The notes beneath the pieces were generated by a model. It was not told the DNA's origin. It made no database searches and was given only the letters and a program-made list of their open reading frames with translations. Positions 47,036 through 59,522 of a DNA stretch of 64,000 nt are shown here, piece after piece. How positions within the stretch are numbered: the stretch's first letter is position 1; every line of letters starts with the position of its first letter. Position numbers and translations under genes: made by a program. Source of the DNA: Babesia bigemina (Eukaryota). The DNA is taken from NCBI RefSeq assembly GCF_000981445.1, contig NC_027218.1, positions 1,488,001-1,552,000 on the forward strand. Direction: 5' to 3'.

Positions 47036-48500
47036 ATGGCTGTTATGAGCGGCATTGTGCGACTGAACGGATTTAGGCAAATGCGCAGCCCTCTACTCGC
47101 GCTCGGCTATCTCTGCAGTTTCATCACTCGGCCTGCCGTCAGCGACCCGTGTCGCCGCCGCCTGTCCACTTCCGTCAACTCGCACGTCGGACGCTCCAGG
47201 AACGGTACCATGGAGAAGATTGTGTCGCGAAACCCGATCGTGGAGATCGACGGGGACGAGATGACCCGCGTGATGTGGGCGTCCATCAAAAACAAGGTGT
47301 GTGCTGCACGTCGTACCGATACATTCCGTTTCAGCTCATCCTGCCGTACGTAGACGTGCCACTGGAGTACTACGACCTCTCCCTGCCAAACCGTGACGCT
47401 ACTGACGACCAGGTATGGTATAATAGACGTCGGCCCGGCTCATGACGCTGCAGGTTACCTTCGATGCCGCCGAGGCTATCAAGAAGCACGGGATCGGAGT
47501 GAAGTGCGCCACCATCACGCCTGACGAGGCACGTCTTAAGGAATTTAGCCTCAAACGCATGTACCGTTCGCCTAATGGTACGATCCGTAACATTTTGGAC
47601 GGCACCGTCTTCCGGGCCCCGATCATGACCAAAACTGTGCCGGCGTACATTCCGGGCTGGAAGAAACCCATTGTGATCGGCCGTCACGCATTCGGCGACC
47701 AGTACAACGCTACCGATATCAAGATTCCCGGTGCCGGCACGCTTGAGATGGTTTTCACACCAGCCGATGGCAGCGCCCCGCAGACGTACAAGGTGACGGA
47801 GTTCAAGGGACCCGGTGTCGCCCTTGGAATGTTCAACGTTGACGCTTCTATATACGGCTTCGCGCGTGCGTGCTTCAACTACGCCCTTGATGTCAAAATG
47901 CCGCTATATTTGTCGACCAAGAATACCATCCTTAAGAGCTATGACGGCCGGTTCAAGGACATCTTCCAGGAGATGTACGTGTCCGAGTTCAAGCCAAAGT
48001 TCGAGGCTGCCGGCATATTCTACGAGCACAGGCTGATCGATGACATGGTAGCCTACGCTTGCAAGTCGGAAGGAGGTTTCGTATGGGCGTGCAAGAACTA
48101 CGACGGCGATGTGCAGTCTGACATCGTCTCTCAGGCATACGGATCCCTGGCGCTGATGTCGTCAGTGTTGTACTCGTCAGACGGCAAGTCCTTCTTGTCG
48201 GAAGCTGCTCACGGCACCGTCACGCGACACTTCCGCGTCCACCAGCAGGGCGGAAAGACCTCCACCAACTCCATTGCGACTATAGTTGCGTGGGCACGTG
48301 CTCTTGAGAAGCGCGGCCTCGTAGACGGCAACGAGGCGTTGGCGAACTTCGGGCGCAAGCTTGAGCACGCATCTGTGGCTGCTGTGGATGCAGGGTTCTA
48401 CACCAAGGACCTCGCCATCGCCATCCACGGTCCGCAGACACAGCAATACCTGGATACCGAGGCGTTCATAGACAAGGTCAGGGAGTACCTAGAAATGTAG
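47036..48500 (+). CDS. IDH: NADP-dependent isocitrate dehydrogenase, mitochondrial, 3 exons
   Basis: [45 protein letters not shown]; basic presequence; introns 47297-47334 and 47413-47453. Confidence 0.97.
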
Positions 48501-49683
48501 ATTATGCGCGTTTGTGGCTGAAGAGCCACAATAGGTGGGAGGAAGGTTCCAGTGTCCTCTCCAATATGGGCACCAAAATCGGCGATATTTACGACTAATT
48601 TTCCAAGATTAAAAAAATAAGCATAAATAAAACCTTTTAGCATACCTGCAAGTTTCAGCCTCTATTATGAGTGGCATCGCATGGGTTATATTTTTGGCCA
48701 TGAATGAGTGCCCAAACGGGTGGCTGCCACTTGTGCAGACAAATCTCAAATCCGGCAATCTTAAGATGCCATATAAGTAGTTATCAGTATCCTTACGAGG
48801 AATTATGTTGTTTTTAATGAGATACGCGTATCATACGTGAGATGATGTAAAGATTTTTCAATAATATAGAAGCGATGCGATCTTTGTTGTTCCACTTGTG
48901 ATTCTTATGTATCGATTGTTTGCGTATGTCTGATATAGTTGCAGCGTCTAGGTTTCAACTAGGTGAACTTGGTATATGTGCCTGAGCGGCTCATGGGCAG
49001 ACTATCAAAGCGTGTTGAATGGTCACACCCTGTACGTTCTAACCGTTGGCCCTAAGCCACACAACATGTAGTTCTTAGCATATTAAATGACACTAGGTGT
49101 CCGTGTAATACCATCTACCGCCTCGTTGCACGGCTCAGTAAGCAAGCGGTCTACAAGGCCCATAAATGCGTAGACATTTACATGACCCGCGCCATCACTT
49201 GAAGCTACCGGGAGAAATGACTGCATGAACGCTTGGGAGGGTCACGACTAGCAAAGTTATGCTAGGCCTACGTGTTCATACGCCTCGGACAGAAGGATAT
49301 TGCGCTTGACTGATGGATACGATAACGAAGTATGCCGAAATGGCCAGGATCGCCCAGCGATCGGAAAACGCTAAGTTATCTGCACAGATTATAATAAGTT
49401 GCAAGTATCTACAATGTCCGTCAAGTGTATGGACATTGAAGGGACTACGTTTGAACCAAACACCAATTTCAGTGATTAATTTAATAATGGCCATTGAGAA
49501 GTGTGTTTGCTATTGTTCTACGATACACGTGTAGCGTGTGAAGATACTATACATGGATATGGTCATCGATAGAATCCATTAATTCGAAATGCTTCGTGAC
49601 AATCCGTGATGCCGATTCGGTAAGTAAGCGGTCTCAGGATATGCTATTTCGAACTGCTTTTACGTCTAGCAAAGCGCCCCAAC

Positions 49684-50490
49684 TCAATAGAAAGCCCAAT
49701 ACCCAGCAAAGTCGTAGAGTATGTACAATAGTTGTTTATCCACATCGCTCAATGCCATGAGAACATCTGAACCACTCAGGTTATCGTTGCGTTGCGTCTC
49801 AACGTAACCGACGGCTTCCAATACCTCTCGCAGGCGTGTCTCCTCTTTAGATTGCGGTCCTTTCTTGGCTGCTCTTTGGCTGGCGTCCTTCAAAGAAAGC
49901 AGCCCAGCGTACAACATTGGCGCCATCCCTACGAGTACCACTGCGCAATCTTCCGGCTTTTCCGAACATGATGCCTCCCACGTCGCCTCCGTACTGTAAG
50001 CAGACTCGTACTGGTCAGAGATTTTGACACCTTCTAGGAACTTTTCCGTAGCATGCATAACTCTGCCTAATTTATATATGAAGTCTTCGGTGGTGAGACC
50101 CCAGGCCTCCACGATGTTGTCATAATCACTTTCGTTCAGAGTCCACATACGTTTTAACCACATACAACTAGTTTTATCCATAGGCGTCTCGTATCGTTTC
50201 TGCAGATCTCCAACGGGTGAAGGGCCTTTAATCTGCGGCAGTCCCAGGATCTCTCCAACGGATGAGGGGCCCTTAAGCTGCGGCAGTCCCAGGAAATCCT
50301 TGGAAATAAGTTTGACTTCTTCGAGCGCCGGCAGCTCCATCTTGCCAACAGGCTTGTCTGCGAGAAAATTGTAAAGCGCCTCACTCATAGCCTTCACGTT
50401 TTTGACACCATCAGTACCCTTCAGGGCCATCAACCAGTCAATGCCCTCCTTGAGGTTGTGAGGAGCTTCAGTCAACGAAGTGTACACCAT
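49684..50490 (-). CDS. Short ves1-like protein (268 aa), paralogue of 18441..19769 without the repeat tail
   Basis: MVYTSLTEAPHNLKEGIDWLMALKG...SCSEKPEDCAVV...LYDFAGYWAFY*. Confidence 0.78.
   Translation of the reverse strand: MVYTSLTEAPHNLKEGIDWLMALKGTDGVKNVKAMSEALYNFLADKPVGKMELPALEEVKLISKDFLGLPQLKGPSSVGEILGLPQIKGPSPVGDLQKRYETPMDKTSCMWLKRMWTLNESDYDNIVEAWGLTTEDFIYKLGRVMHATEKFLEGVKISDQYESAYSTEATWEASCSEKPEDCAVVLVGMAPMLYAGLLSLKDASQRAAKKGPQSKEETRLREVLEAVGYVETQRNDNLSGSDVLMALSDVDKQLLYILYDFAGYWAFY
50205..50294 (-). repeat. 45-bp in-frame tandem duplication
   Basis: LGLPQLKGPSSVGEI / LGLPQIKGPSPVGDL. Confidence 0.9.
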
Positions 50491-51199
50491 TTTGTGATGA
50501 TGTTTATAGGTGACTGCTATTGGTCTATTAAATGTTTGGTGTATTTATAAATAGAGCCTTTAAACGGCTCTCAATCCCGGGATAGTACAGGAGCTGTTCA
50601 CACCTAATAAATACGCATCTATTGAGATTCGCCTAGCCTTGGGAGCGTCATATATGCGTATTAGAAGGTCTCTATGATGATACTTGTGCTCGTCTCAGCG
50701 AACATCATACCGTAACAAGGCATGCAGTATCCACAACGCATGCCATTGGGTGTCCAACATTCAAATACAAATGGTGCGTGTTTAATCCGTTCATATTGGT
50801 ACTATTTGTAGCTCTAAATCCTGTTTTGAAGAGTCACCTTGGGCCGCGTATAGTATATTATAGAGCCTGCGGCTTCCCGTGTTTATCACGTTTATGTGAA
50901 AGCACAAGCCATTATCTCGCTTATATACACGCATCCATTGATCGCACAGTTAGCAGAAAACATATTGAAGTGACGTAATCTTGCCAAAAAAATGTCCACT
51001 GCCTAACCTTGAATGGCAATCGTCAGCTGCTGACGTATATGTCATGTCCAACCACTCCGCATCACATCACAGTTCCACCGTGGGATGTGCACAGGTTTTT
51101 ATTTGTAACCCACAACCCAGAATTTTAACTAACAAATATCTTTTACGATAAGATACACCGTGTGGTGCATTAGACACTAGAACACGTCGAATGAAGAGT

Positions 51200-51380
51200 G
51201 GAATACCAAGCTTCGAAAATGCATCTGAAGCATAGCCGTACAACTCATTGACGAAATGATGGAAGAAGGACACAAGCTCCCCAGTGGCGCGCGGCGACTC
51301 GGCGGGGAACAGCTCCGTCTCGGATATGTCGGTGGAGCCATTCGTGGGCGTTAAGGTGGCCCAGGAAGAAACGCACATTG
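51200..51380 (-). pseudogene. Isolated internal ves1-like fragment
   Basis: PRATGELVSFFHHFVNELYGYASDAFSKLG resembles the VESA1 internal 'PRTTGELVSFFH' motif as I recall it; no gene context. Confidence 0.5.
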
Positions 51381-51576
51381 TAAGTTCCGGTTGTATGGTC
51401 GCCTTCTGATCGAAGTCTTAGGTAATTGAATGAGGCGCAGCGTCAAACGGTTCTATGTTGAAATCGATGGCGGAAGTGGGCGGGCTTATTACGTCGAGTG
51501 GCTGGACGCTTGGGGTGGTGGTGGATGATCGTATTCCAAGTCTATGTCAGACATTAAATAATGTATTAAGTTCTGC

Positions 51577-51744
51577 ATTTATTCAGTCACTAACGCAGCC
51601 ACTTGGTCACTCAATATGTCATGTGCTAGGTCAGTCGCTACGTGAGCTGCTAGGTCAGTTGCTTGCTCAGCCCTTTGGTTAGGTGGTAGGTCACCACTTA
51701 TGTCAGATGATCGCTCATCAACGCAATCATCACTTTGTTTAGCA
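51577..51744. repeat. Degenerate 12-bp-period tandem array (~14 units)
   Basis: TCAG/TCAC/TCAT/TTAG-like cores every 12 bp from 51583 to 51739. Confidence 0.8.
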
Positions 51745-51818
51745 TATTACATGTCAGTTGTAAGTTGGGGGATCAGTGGGATTTAGATCACGATGTTTGC
51801 GCTAACAAATCGCTGCGA

Positions 51819-52373
51819 TCAGCTGTAAAAGGCGATGCAGAACGGTATCTTGCGTACGAGGAAATCGCGGATGTTGCGGCCCACCGGGAAGCGGAAGATG
51901 CACAGGTCGAGCAGGATGATGGCGACGATGATGGCAACGACGACGGCGGCGATGGCGGGGTAGGGAGGGGGATGACCGGAAGAATCTTCTGTATCAGAGC
52001 CGTCAGCGTCATTTTCATCAGTGGGATGACCGGACGACAGCGCTTGACTGTCGGACTGAGACTGAAGAGCGGTGGAAGGATCGGGGAGTTTGCAGACTTG
52101 AGCTTCTTGGTTTCTACATTTCCGTTGACAACATTCACATTCACATGTCTTCTCCTTGCCTTTACATTGGACATCACATATTGAAGGCTTGCAGACGAAA
52201 GGCTTCGTGCGTGTGGTGCGAATTAGGTAATGATAGTAACAATCATCGCATCTTCCACCCTGACATTGTTCACAACACCAGGGACAGCAATTACACTCTT
52301 TAGCTCTTCGACATCCGTACTTACACCTGGTACACGCTTGACCGTTCCATATAAACCTCCCCCCGCTCCCCAT
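51819..52373 (-). CDS. Cys/Lys-rich protein with C-terminal TM and short tail (ves1 C-terminal-like module)
   Basis: Dense CxC/CC clusters, PPPYP, AIAAVVVAIIVAIILLDLCIF TM, RFPVGRNIRDFLVRKIPFCIAFYS; a likely upstream intron (52403-52436) is not in frame. Confidence 0.65.
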   Translation of the reverse strand: MGSGGRFIWNGQACTRCKYGCRRAKECNCCPWCCEQCQGGRCDDCYYHYLIRTTRTKPFVCKPSICDVQCKGKEKTCECECCQRKCRNQEAQVCKLPDPSTALQSQSDSQALSSGHPTDENDADGSDTEDSSGHPPPYPAIAAVVVAIIVAIILLDLCIFRFPVGRNIRDFLVRKIPFCIAFYS

Positions 52374-53871
52374 CTTCCCGCTCCTCCCCCAGTCCCCTCA
52401 ACCTGCAAACATATCCATCACCTAAGCAGCACTCACCAACCTACACTCATGAACACGCACCTCAGCCAAGGCAACTGAGCTCCTATCAGCTTCAACAAAC
52501 CGGCCGACTGCCATCCAACGCACAGTCCGTTACATCACAACTATCCAGCCAGTCACAACAAACACATAACCAAGTTGACGCATGTGGACGGTATCCTGGC
52601 CATGACATGCGGATCATCCGGTACCAGGTAATCAGTCCACTCCATCCAACAGAGGCCGACCAAATTGCGAACGCCTATTCTAAAGGTCATCACATAGATG
52701 TTTTAACGAGTGCCTTAGTGAGCTTCACTGCCTCATCGGCATGCTTCTCATTTACGCCGTTATTATCAATGTCACGTCACCACGCCGCCCACTGGTCATC
52801 ACGTAGGAGAGTAGCTGTGACATTTACTGGTGACGTACATTGCCTACACGGCAACTAGTATCTCCGCAGCAACATAAGAACTCACCTGCTATGGCCGTCG
52901 CTAGCGGCATACGTTGGCGGCTAATCACAGCGCCACCTAGCACTGACAGAGTGAGACTATGCAAAGACATGTCAAGGGTTATGCAAAACTCAAATCACCA
53001 CACCGGATTATATATTAAGTGGGCTACATGTGTCTGATTATGCCAAGAATTAGTCAAGGGTTTTTCAAAGCATGGTGCCGTAGATGCTACCCTAACACAA
53101 CTAACCAGTGCTACGGCCCTACCCATTACATTGTAAAACATTTTACATCAATGCAATAACTACCGTACAATGAGATTATCGTCGTAGTAATCTACGTCGT
53201 AGAGTCATCATCTTCCGGCCCTTCGTGAGTAAGGCCTTGATGTCAATGAGGTAATAATCTCTTGTTGTCACGAGTTGTAATCGTATGCGTAGTATTTACG
53301 GGTGGTACTGCTGCGTGTGATTTATGTATAGTATTGATATAAACTACAGAGAGTTGACGGAGACGCAAAAGAACTTCCGAATAAAGGAGACGAACTCTCG
53401 AATACGTGTCACAAGAGTTGCGATAAGCTAACCGTTTACCACGGCTTTCAAAGTTGGGAGAGTATACGAACACGTGAGTGGAGACTTCGATATACCCTCA
53501 GTCGGCGTGAATTCGTTAAATCAGCAGATGGGTAGGGGCTTGGGTGCAGTTGGAAGAGCCACCACTTTGGATGCATAATATTGCGTCGATGGCAGTATGC
53601 TCTGGATGATCCCAGTTGGGAAGCAGTCACGTGTAGTAGTGGGAGAATTACAAGCTGGATAAATCGGATACGATTCGTACTGCCCATTAACGACGTTTCG
53701 TGGATTGTGACTTGGCTTATACAAGCAGCCACCATTCGAAACATAAAAAGCAGCTGATGAGACGACAGCCACTAGGCGTTCTATTCTCCGTGTTCTTAGC
53801 ATCGTTGAGTATCGATAGCATACCGAGATCCGGTATGCTCAACACGTGGGCCACCTCAACGATATCCGTGG

Positions 53872-55504
53872 TTACCAAGTACGACCAGTGCGAATTATTT
53901 CGTTTATCTCTTCTTGAGACAGTTCCTCTTCATCATCCGTACGACTTCTTGAATAATCTTCGATTGGTAGATCCTCTGGAATTGTTGTCGCTTCAGTTTC
54001 CCCCAACGTCGCACTACTAAACTGCCTTGCTTCCTGCCTTTTCTTCCTGTCCTCCCATTCCACCACATTTTTCACTTTAACTTCCTCCTTATCCCGTTTA
54101 TATGTGGCAAACAAGGCACCATAGCAGGCGATATTTAGCAGGGATCCTATCACGATCATGTACATGGTCGACTTTCTCAGGGCCTCGGTGTTGTTATCTT
54201 TAAGAGCCGCGTCCATGTCATCAATTGCTTGTGTTGACGGGGCGTAACCATGCAGCTTCTCTGAAACGTACGCGAAGATCTCGACGAAACTGACGCTGAT
54301 AGAGATACCTGATATGCACTGGATGATGGCCGAGGCACTAGCCTGGTACTTGTCCTCGATGACTTTTCTCATGATAGGCCTATCCACGCCGCCAACCGTG
54401 ACCAATGTCGCTCCGAGAACCGCAAACTCTATGTAGTGGTACCACATCAAACGCCCGTCTGGCGCTGGCGACACGAAGAACAACACACAAACAATTAGTC
54501 TCACGCCCATCACAACAATGCCCGCAATCAGCTCGCCATAATCCGGGTGCAAACCTGTAATTTTGTCAATAACTATACCGCCGGCCGCAGTCCCTGCTGC
54601 GCCGCCTATCGTCGTGACCACAATCGCAATGCCAACTTTCAAGTCAGACACCCCCAAGTATTCCAGGTAAGTGATCATGTACGGCAGGGTGCACATCGGG
54701 GCCTCTGCGATCAACATGGTGAATATACATAGAAATGCAGACCAAGAATTGAAAACCGCTTTAAAGGCCCCCGATATTTGCTCCACGAACCCCATTATGG
54801 ATTTATATGGAGATATCAGTTCTTTATCAGTTTCCATTGCAAATACTATAGCGATGCCAACCGAAATCCACACGTAACCCAACACAATGTATGAGACACG
54901 CCAGCCGATAAATCCCAGCAAGATGTTCTGAGCAGCCTCCGTGGTTATTGCGGCACACAGCATACGGCCAATGCAATTAAGCGCATGAAGACGGGTGAAC
55001 GTACTACTGCTGCTGTTGCGCTCATCATCGTCATCTTTATCTGAAATAATCTTTTGTTGAACTGGGTATATGCAACCGAATGCAGCGCCGTGTATGAAGC
55101 GCAAAAAGAGGATCTGCGGACTCATGAGCAGAGCAATGTTTGCAACCTACCGACGAATACCGTGACGTTGAGCTTAGCAGTATTGAGGCGATGCCCATGA
55201 ATAACAACCCAGCAGCCATCACGAGGTTAGTCTCAAACGCGTCCGCCAGCAACCCCCAAACAAGTGAGAAGCACAAGCGCGACATGATAGACACAGTCAT
55301 CAGCATTGTCTGCTGCTGCTTGGTGAAGCCCATAGTTGACTCGAAGAGCCTCATGCACAAGTACAACACCTGCTGCTCGTAGCCCTCAGTGAAAGACACT
55401 ATGTGGTACAACACCTGACCGAATGGGCCATAGTCTTCAACTTGTTTCTTTGCTTCTTGTTTTGCATCAGCTCCTGCAGGTGATGACGCTTGTGTTTCAG
55501 ACAT
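53872..55504 (-). CDS. Major facilitator superfamily transporter (piroplasm expanded MFS-type), 2 exons
   Basis: WGLLADAF, RFIHG, GWR motifs; about 11-12 TM segments; 37-nt intron 55114-55150. Confidence 0.88.
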
Positions 55505-57777
55505 CTTGCTACACTAATGTTCGCTTATCATCATCGGATGGGCTTCAACATAAAATAGCAATTGATGACGCGTAACATATAGATCAGAATGCGAACTACA
55601 TTGGATAACATGTATGGTATTATATTTCATAGCGGATCTGTGCGATATAATCGCCCGGTGTGGAATTAAAGGTAACATCACGTGTGACCTATAATATGAT
55701 CCTGATCAACGACATCGTTATATACACATTACCTAGCACCACAGAACAACACCTAGACATTTAGATAAAATTTGTGGAATTGCAACAGACATTTTAGATT
55801 GTGAATGAGTAAAATGAAAAGATATATACTTAAATAAAATATGCGTAGATCTTGGTCTTATAACCGCTACGTTTTACGTCACAAAACTACCTTCATCGAC
55901 AATATCAAAACATTCTAACTGGAAATGTTTGTGGCCAGTTAATCTCTTAAGTTATAATATTACTGTATGACTAACGAATCGGAGCGGGTGAAAGATTGGA
56001 TTAAGCATCTCGATGAGAGTTGCAATAGGTGGGCGTGTTGCAATGGGAGATCCAGCACGGGCTTCGTGAGCGCCGCTTACGCGTGGGTTCACAGCGACGC
56101 AGTTTGCACAGGAGAAGACACGGTATAGTGCTATACATTAGCGATTTTGGTATTCGGTGAAATCCACAAAATTTATCGCATCTACCACGCAAGGTTACGT
56201 TGAAGCAAATGCATGCACAAATCAGCTTCTATCCGTATTGTTCGTAATAGTATAACGTCGCATTGGGATACATTAATACCTTTGATCACCCTTCCACCCC
56301 GCTCAAGCATTGGTTTCCCCACTCTAGACATGTGGTCGCTGTGCAATTCAGCACACAATCATGTTCGATTGTACGTTATGTACACATAATTTGTTGTCTG
56401 TCTACGTCCTTATGATACGAAGCTTTGGGGCAAATTGTGCTTTCTGCAATGCTGATCCATTTTTAACCTGCAAATATTACAACGCACACTTTACACCTCT
56501 GCTAATGCGTTACATACAGACCACGCATGTTTTGTACATCATCCACGATCGACAGAGCACATATGTCCCTTCAATGTACGATAACATGTATTTTAACGGA
56601 GCTCAGCTACACTGCATCATTCCAAGGCCATTTTGGCGTTACCCCTTAATATTTAGCGCATGACATATGCGCATGAGATAACAGTATACACGAATATTGA
56701 TCCAAAAATAGTCTTACCTCCGACCATTTCAACCTAGGTGTCATCCAGGTTCTTACGGGACAGTTAACTGGAGTGCTGTGAACTCCCGCAATAATACATG
56801 TACAACACACATGAGTGTTACTGTTTCATCGCTGTTGAATTTGAAAATTCAGACAGCCCTTACTGCTGTGTTAAGTTCATCCACCCCTCATCTGCTAATA
56901 ACATTGTGGCATCCAGTCCGCAGAATCGGAATTTGGTTGACTACCGGCTATCTCACTTTATGCATGAAACCGCATTCACGTAACGCATTTTCTAAGCCCT
57001 CATGGTGTTCACACAGAACAACGCACGCTGACCTTACGTCCCATAAGCCAATCTTAATGTGTCATCAATTATGTTCAAGTCTCATAACTTTTCTGCTCAT
57101 TTCTAGCATTGACTCCATCTAACATATCTTGTTATCCTTACTGGCGCTCAACAACCTAGCATCATGTATTCTCCATCTTTCTCTATCCCATCCCACCGAA
57201 CTGTAATCACTGTGGATGAGCCCAGCGACGGCGCAAAGTTCAGCAACCAGCAATGCCGACATAGTTAACTGTTGCTTTCTAAATTATTAGATGTAGTGCG
57301 CCGTGAAGATGTAGCGTGGCGGTAGATCGCTACCTCCGTGCCTCACCACCGGTGGGTTGATGTTGGCAGCCACTGTCACCGTGGTGGGTGGTTAATAGTA
57401 GTGGAGTTCTTGTACTAATGGGATATTTGCCGTAAAAGATACGTCTTTGCCTATTTAAAGTGTTGCCTTGCTCTTAACTTGTTAGAATATATGGAGACGG
57501 CCACATGACATCTGTGTCACTTTGATGAGATGTAGTGCACATGAAGGGTGTTGTGAGACGTAATCATACATCATGCATTAAACTGCGGTAATATTTTTAA
57601 AGACGGACCATACACGTTGCTGTAACATTAGAAAATACTAGTAAGTTGCCACTGCAATTGTAATGTTCGAACTGAGAGTAATGCCGTTACGGCAACAAAC
57701 AGGTCACCATAGATAAGAACATGAACTACGACAATTAAAGTGGGTGTTTGCCCACCACGCTACCGAATTTGGCGTGC

Positions 57778-58260
57778 TCATTCGTTGGACTAGTAATTCT
57801 CGATCTGGATGGTGGATAGGGTGACACCCTTAACGGTGACACAGCGACACTCCAATGGCGGCGTCTGGCGCAGCATATCCCTTGGTGTTATCTGGGAACC
57901 CTCAAACTCCAGCGTGACAAAGTGATTAGTTCTAGACGCTACCAACGACTTTCTGACATCGCTCAGGTTCTTCACTTCGTCCTCAACGTAAACTTGGTTG
58001 AAGCAGTTGGGTGGGTCCATGACGTACGGTGCTGGGCATCAGGACGCAGTTTATTTGGCTGCCCTGAAATTATACAAGCATGGCTACTCTGTTCAAGGAA
58101 AATACACCCAACCCCGTTTCCATCTTGGTTATTTCTGCAGCCAATGGCGTGGTTGGCTTCCATGGAATCTCTCCATTTGGCCGGCTACCATTGAGGCTCA
58201 GCCACCTGGTGCTGCCCAACTACCTTTGCGCCACTCCTAAGAGACTCACTAGAGTTTTAC
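57778..58260 (-). pseudogene. 6-Cys family pseudogene with a ~2-kb internal deletion
   Basis: 57791-58038 is highly similar in DNA to 4080-4326; 58060-58180 reads EIPWKPTTPLAAEITKMETGLGVFSLNR...*FQG, matching EIPWDAQTPLVQEIAKIGKGLGVVYMNR...PFQG; in-frame stops. Confidence 0.88.
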
Positions 58261-58488
58261 AGTGAATTACTGTTACATCGAGTGCAGTCTGTATCCATTA
58301 CTTAGGTTAAGCAGTAGACACCAAAAGCGGTCCCTTCTGAAAGCAACATCTTTTAGCATATTAGCAATATAGCAACACAGCAAATCTAATAACAGATGCA
58401 TTACATGACGCGCTTGAATAGACCAATTATGTCCTTAAGTGCTACTGTTTGGGATTTGAAATAAATTACGTTTAGTGCACGCCACCAG

Positions 58489-58980
58489 TCAATCAGGTCG
58501 TCCGTGGGTTGCTTCGTACCGTCTTATGATATCCTCCGGCTTGGAAGTGGCCAGCTTCTCCTTTACATAATACCTCCGCCACGCAGTCAACAACAGAAGC
58601 AACGTATTGAGACCGGCTGTCCAGAATATCGGTTTGGCAACACACACTGGCATGAGCGGGGTGCTACGTGAGCCGCCAGGGCCGAGCGCACTTCCGGGAT
58701 CGTGATTAAATACTCGAAGCCCTGTATCCGACATTAATCCATAACCAAACAATGTTGTGAAGTGTTAAAGTGCACCGGTAAATAAAATGAACTGAGACAA
58801 AGTTTCATTACCTGTGAGGCGTAGAGGTCTAAGCCGATAGGGGCATACTGCCACCCCAAACAGCATATAGCTCGTTAAAAGACCGCAATAACAACCGAAT
58901 TCGGAATATAGTTCCGCGATGAGACTACCCCAGGACCCAAGTAGTCCAACAAGTGTTACGCCAATGCTAAAACAGATTTG
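58489..58980 (-). pseudogene. Possible decayed 3' fragment of an MFS-family gene
   Basis: LFGY...TM...YYVKEK parallels LHGY...TM...TYKRDK in 53872..55504; in-frame TAA just upstream of LFGY. Confidence 0.35.
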
Positions 58981-59522
58981 AGGCCTGTGTTTATTTGACG
59001 TACGTTAATATCGACTTGTGGTATCGCGTTAGGTAAAACGTCAGCGCTGTTGCAGAGAGCCATGACAGTGTCGCACTGCTGAGCTTGAATTGATGTGAAG
59101 TCAGGTCATAAGAGACTTCAGACGGCGTTGTGAGCAGAGCAAATCCTCCAGGTACCACGAGGAAGGCACTAAGCCCGGTAAAAACAACTTTGCTACTCCT
59201 GCAATAGACATTTATTGGTCGTCAAAACACTACAGTTATACCTGGAAAGGCGTCTGAAGTCGTCATCGAGAAGCGAATACGACGAGAGCGAAAGGCGGTC
59301 ACACACCAGCCGCCGAAAAGCTAGCTTCTTCTGTGGCGCGCATACAGCGTCGTTGCCGCTTAAAGTCACGTTGATGCTTCCATTGGTCGGCGTGAATGCT
59401 CGTCTGAACAAAGCGCGGATTCTATGCATCGCCGGAACGCATACCGCCTTCAGCAGAAGGTCTGTAGACCAAGTTCAAATCAGACAATTTGGCATTATTT
59501 GCGATTAAGTTAGCTACAAGTT

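Noticed and set aside
52223..52514. Alternative spliced frame MAVGRFVEAD...VEGTGGGAG upstream of the Cys-rich gene
   Set aside because: Terminates at 52223 and does not join the Cys-rich/TM frame; may be a uORF or a frameshift relic, unresolved
55600..57700. Long AT-richer region with short ORFs and small hairpins
   Set aside because: No recognisable tRNA, snRNA or protein motif; treated as upstream/intergenic DNA
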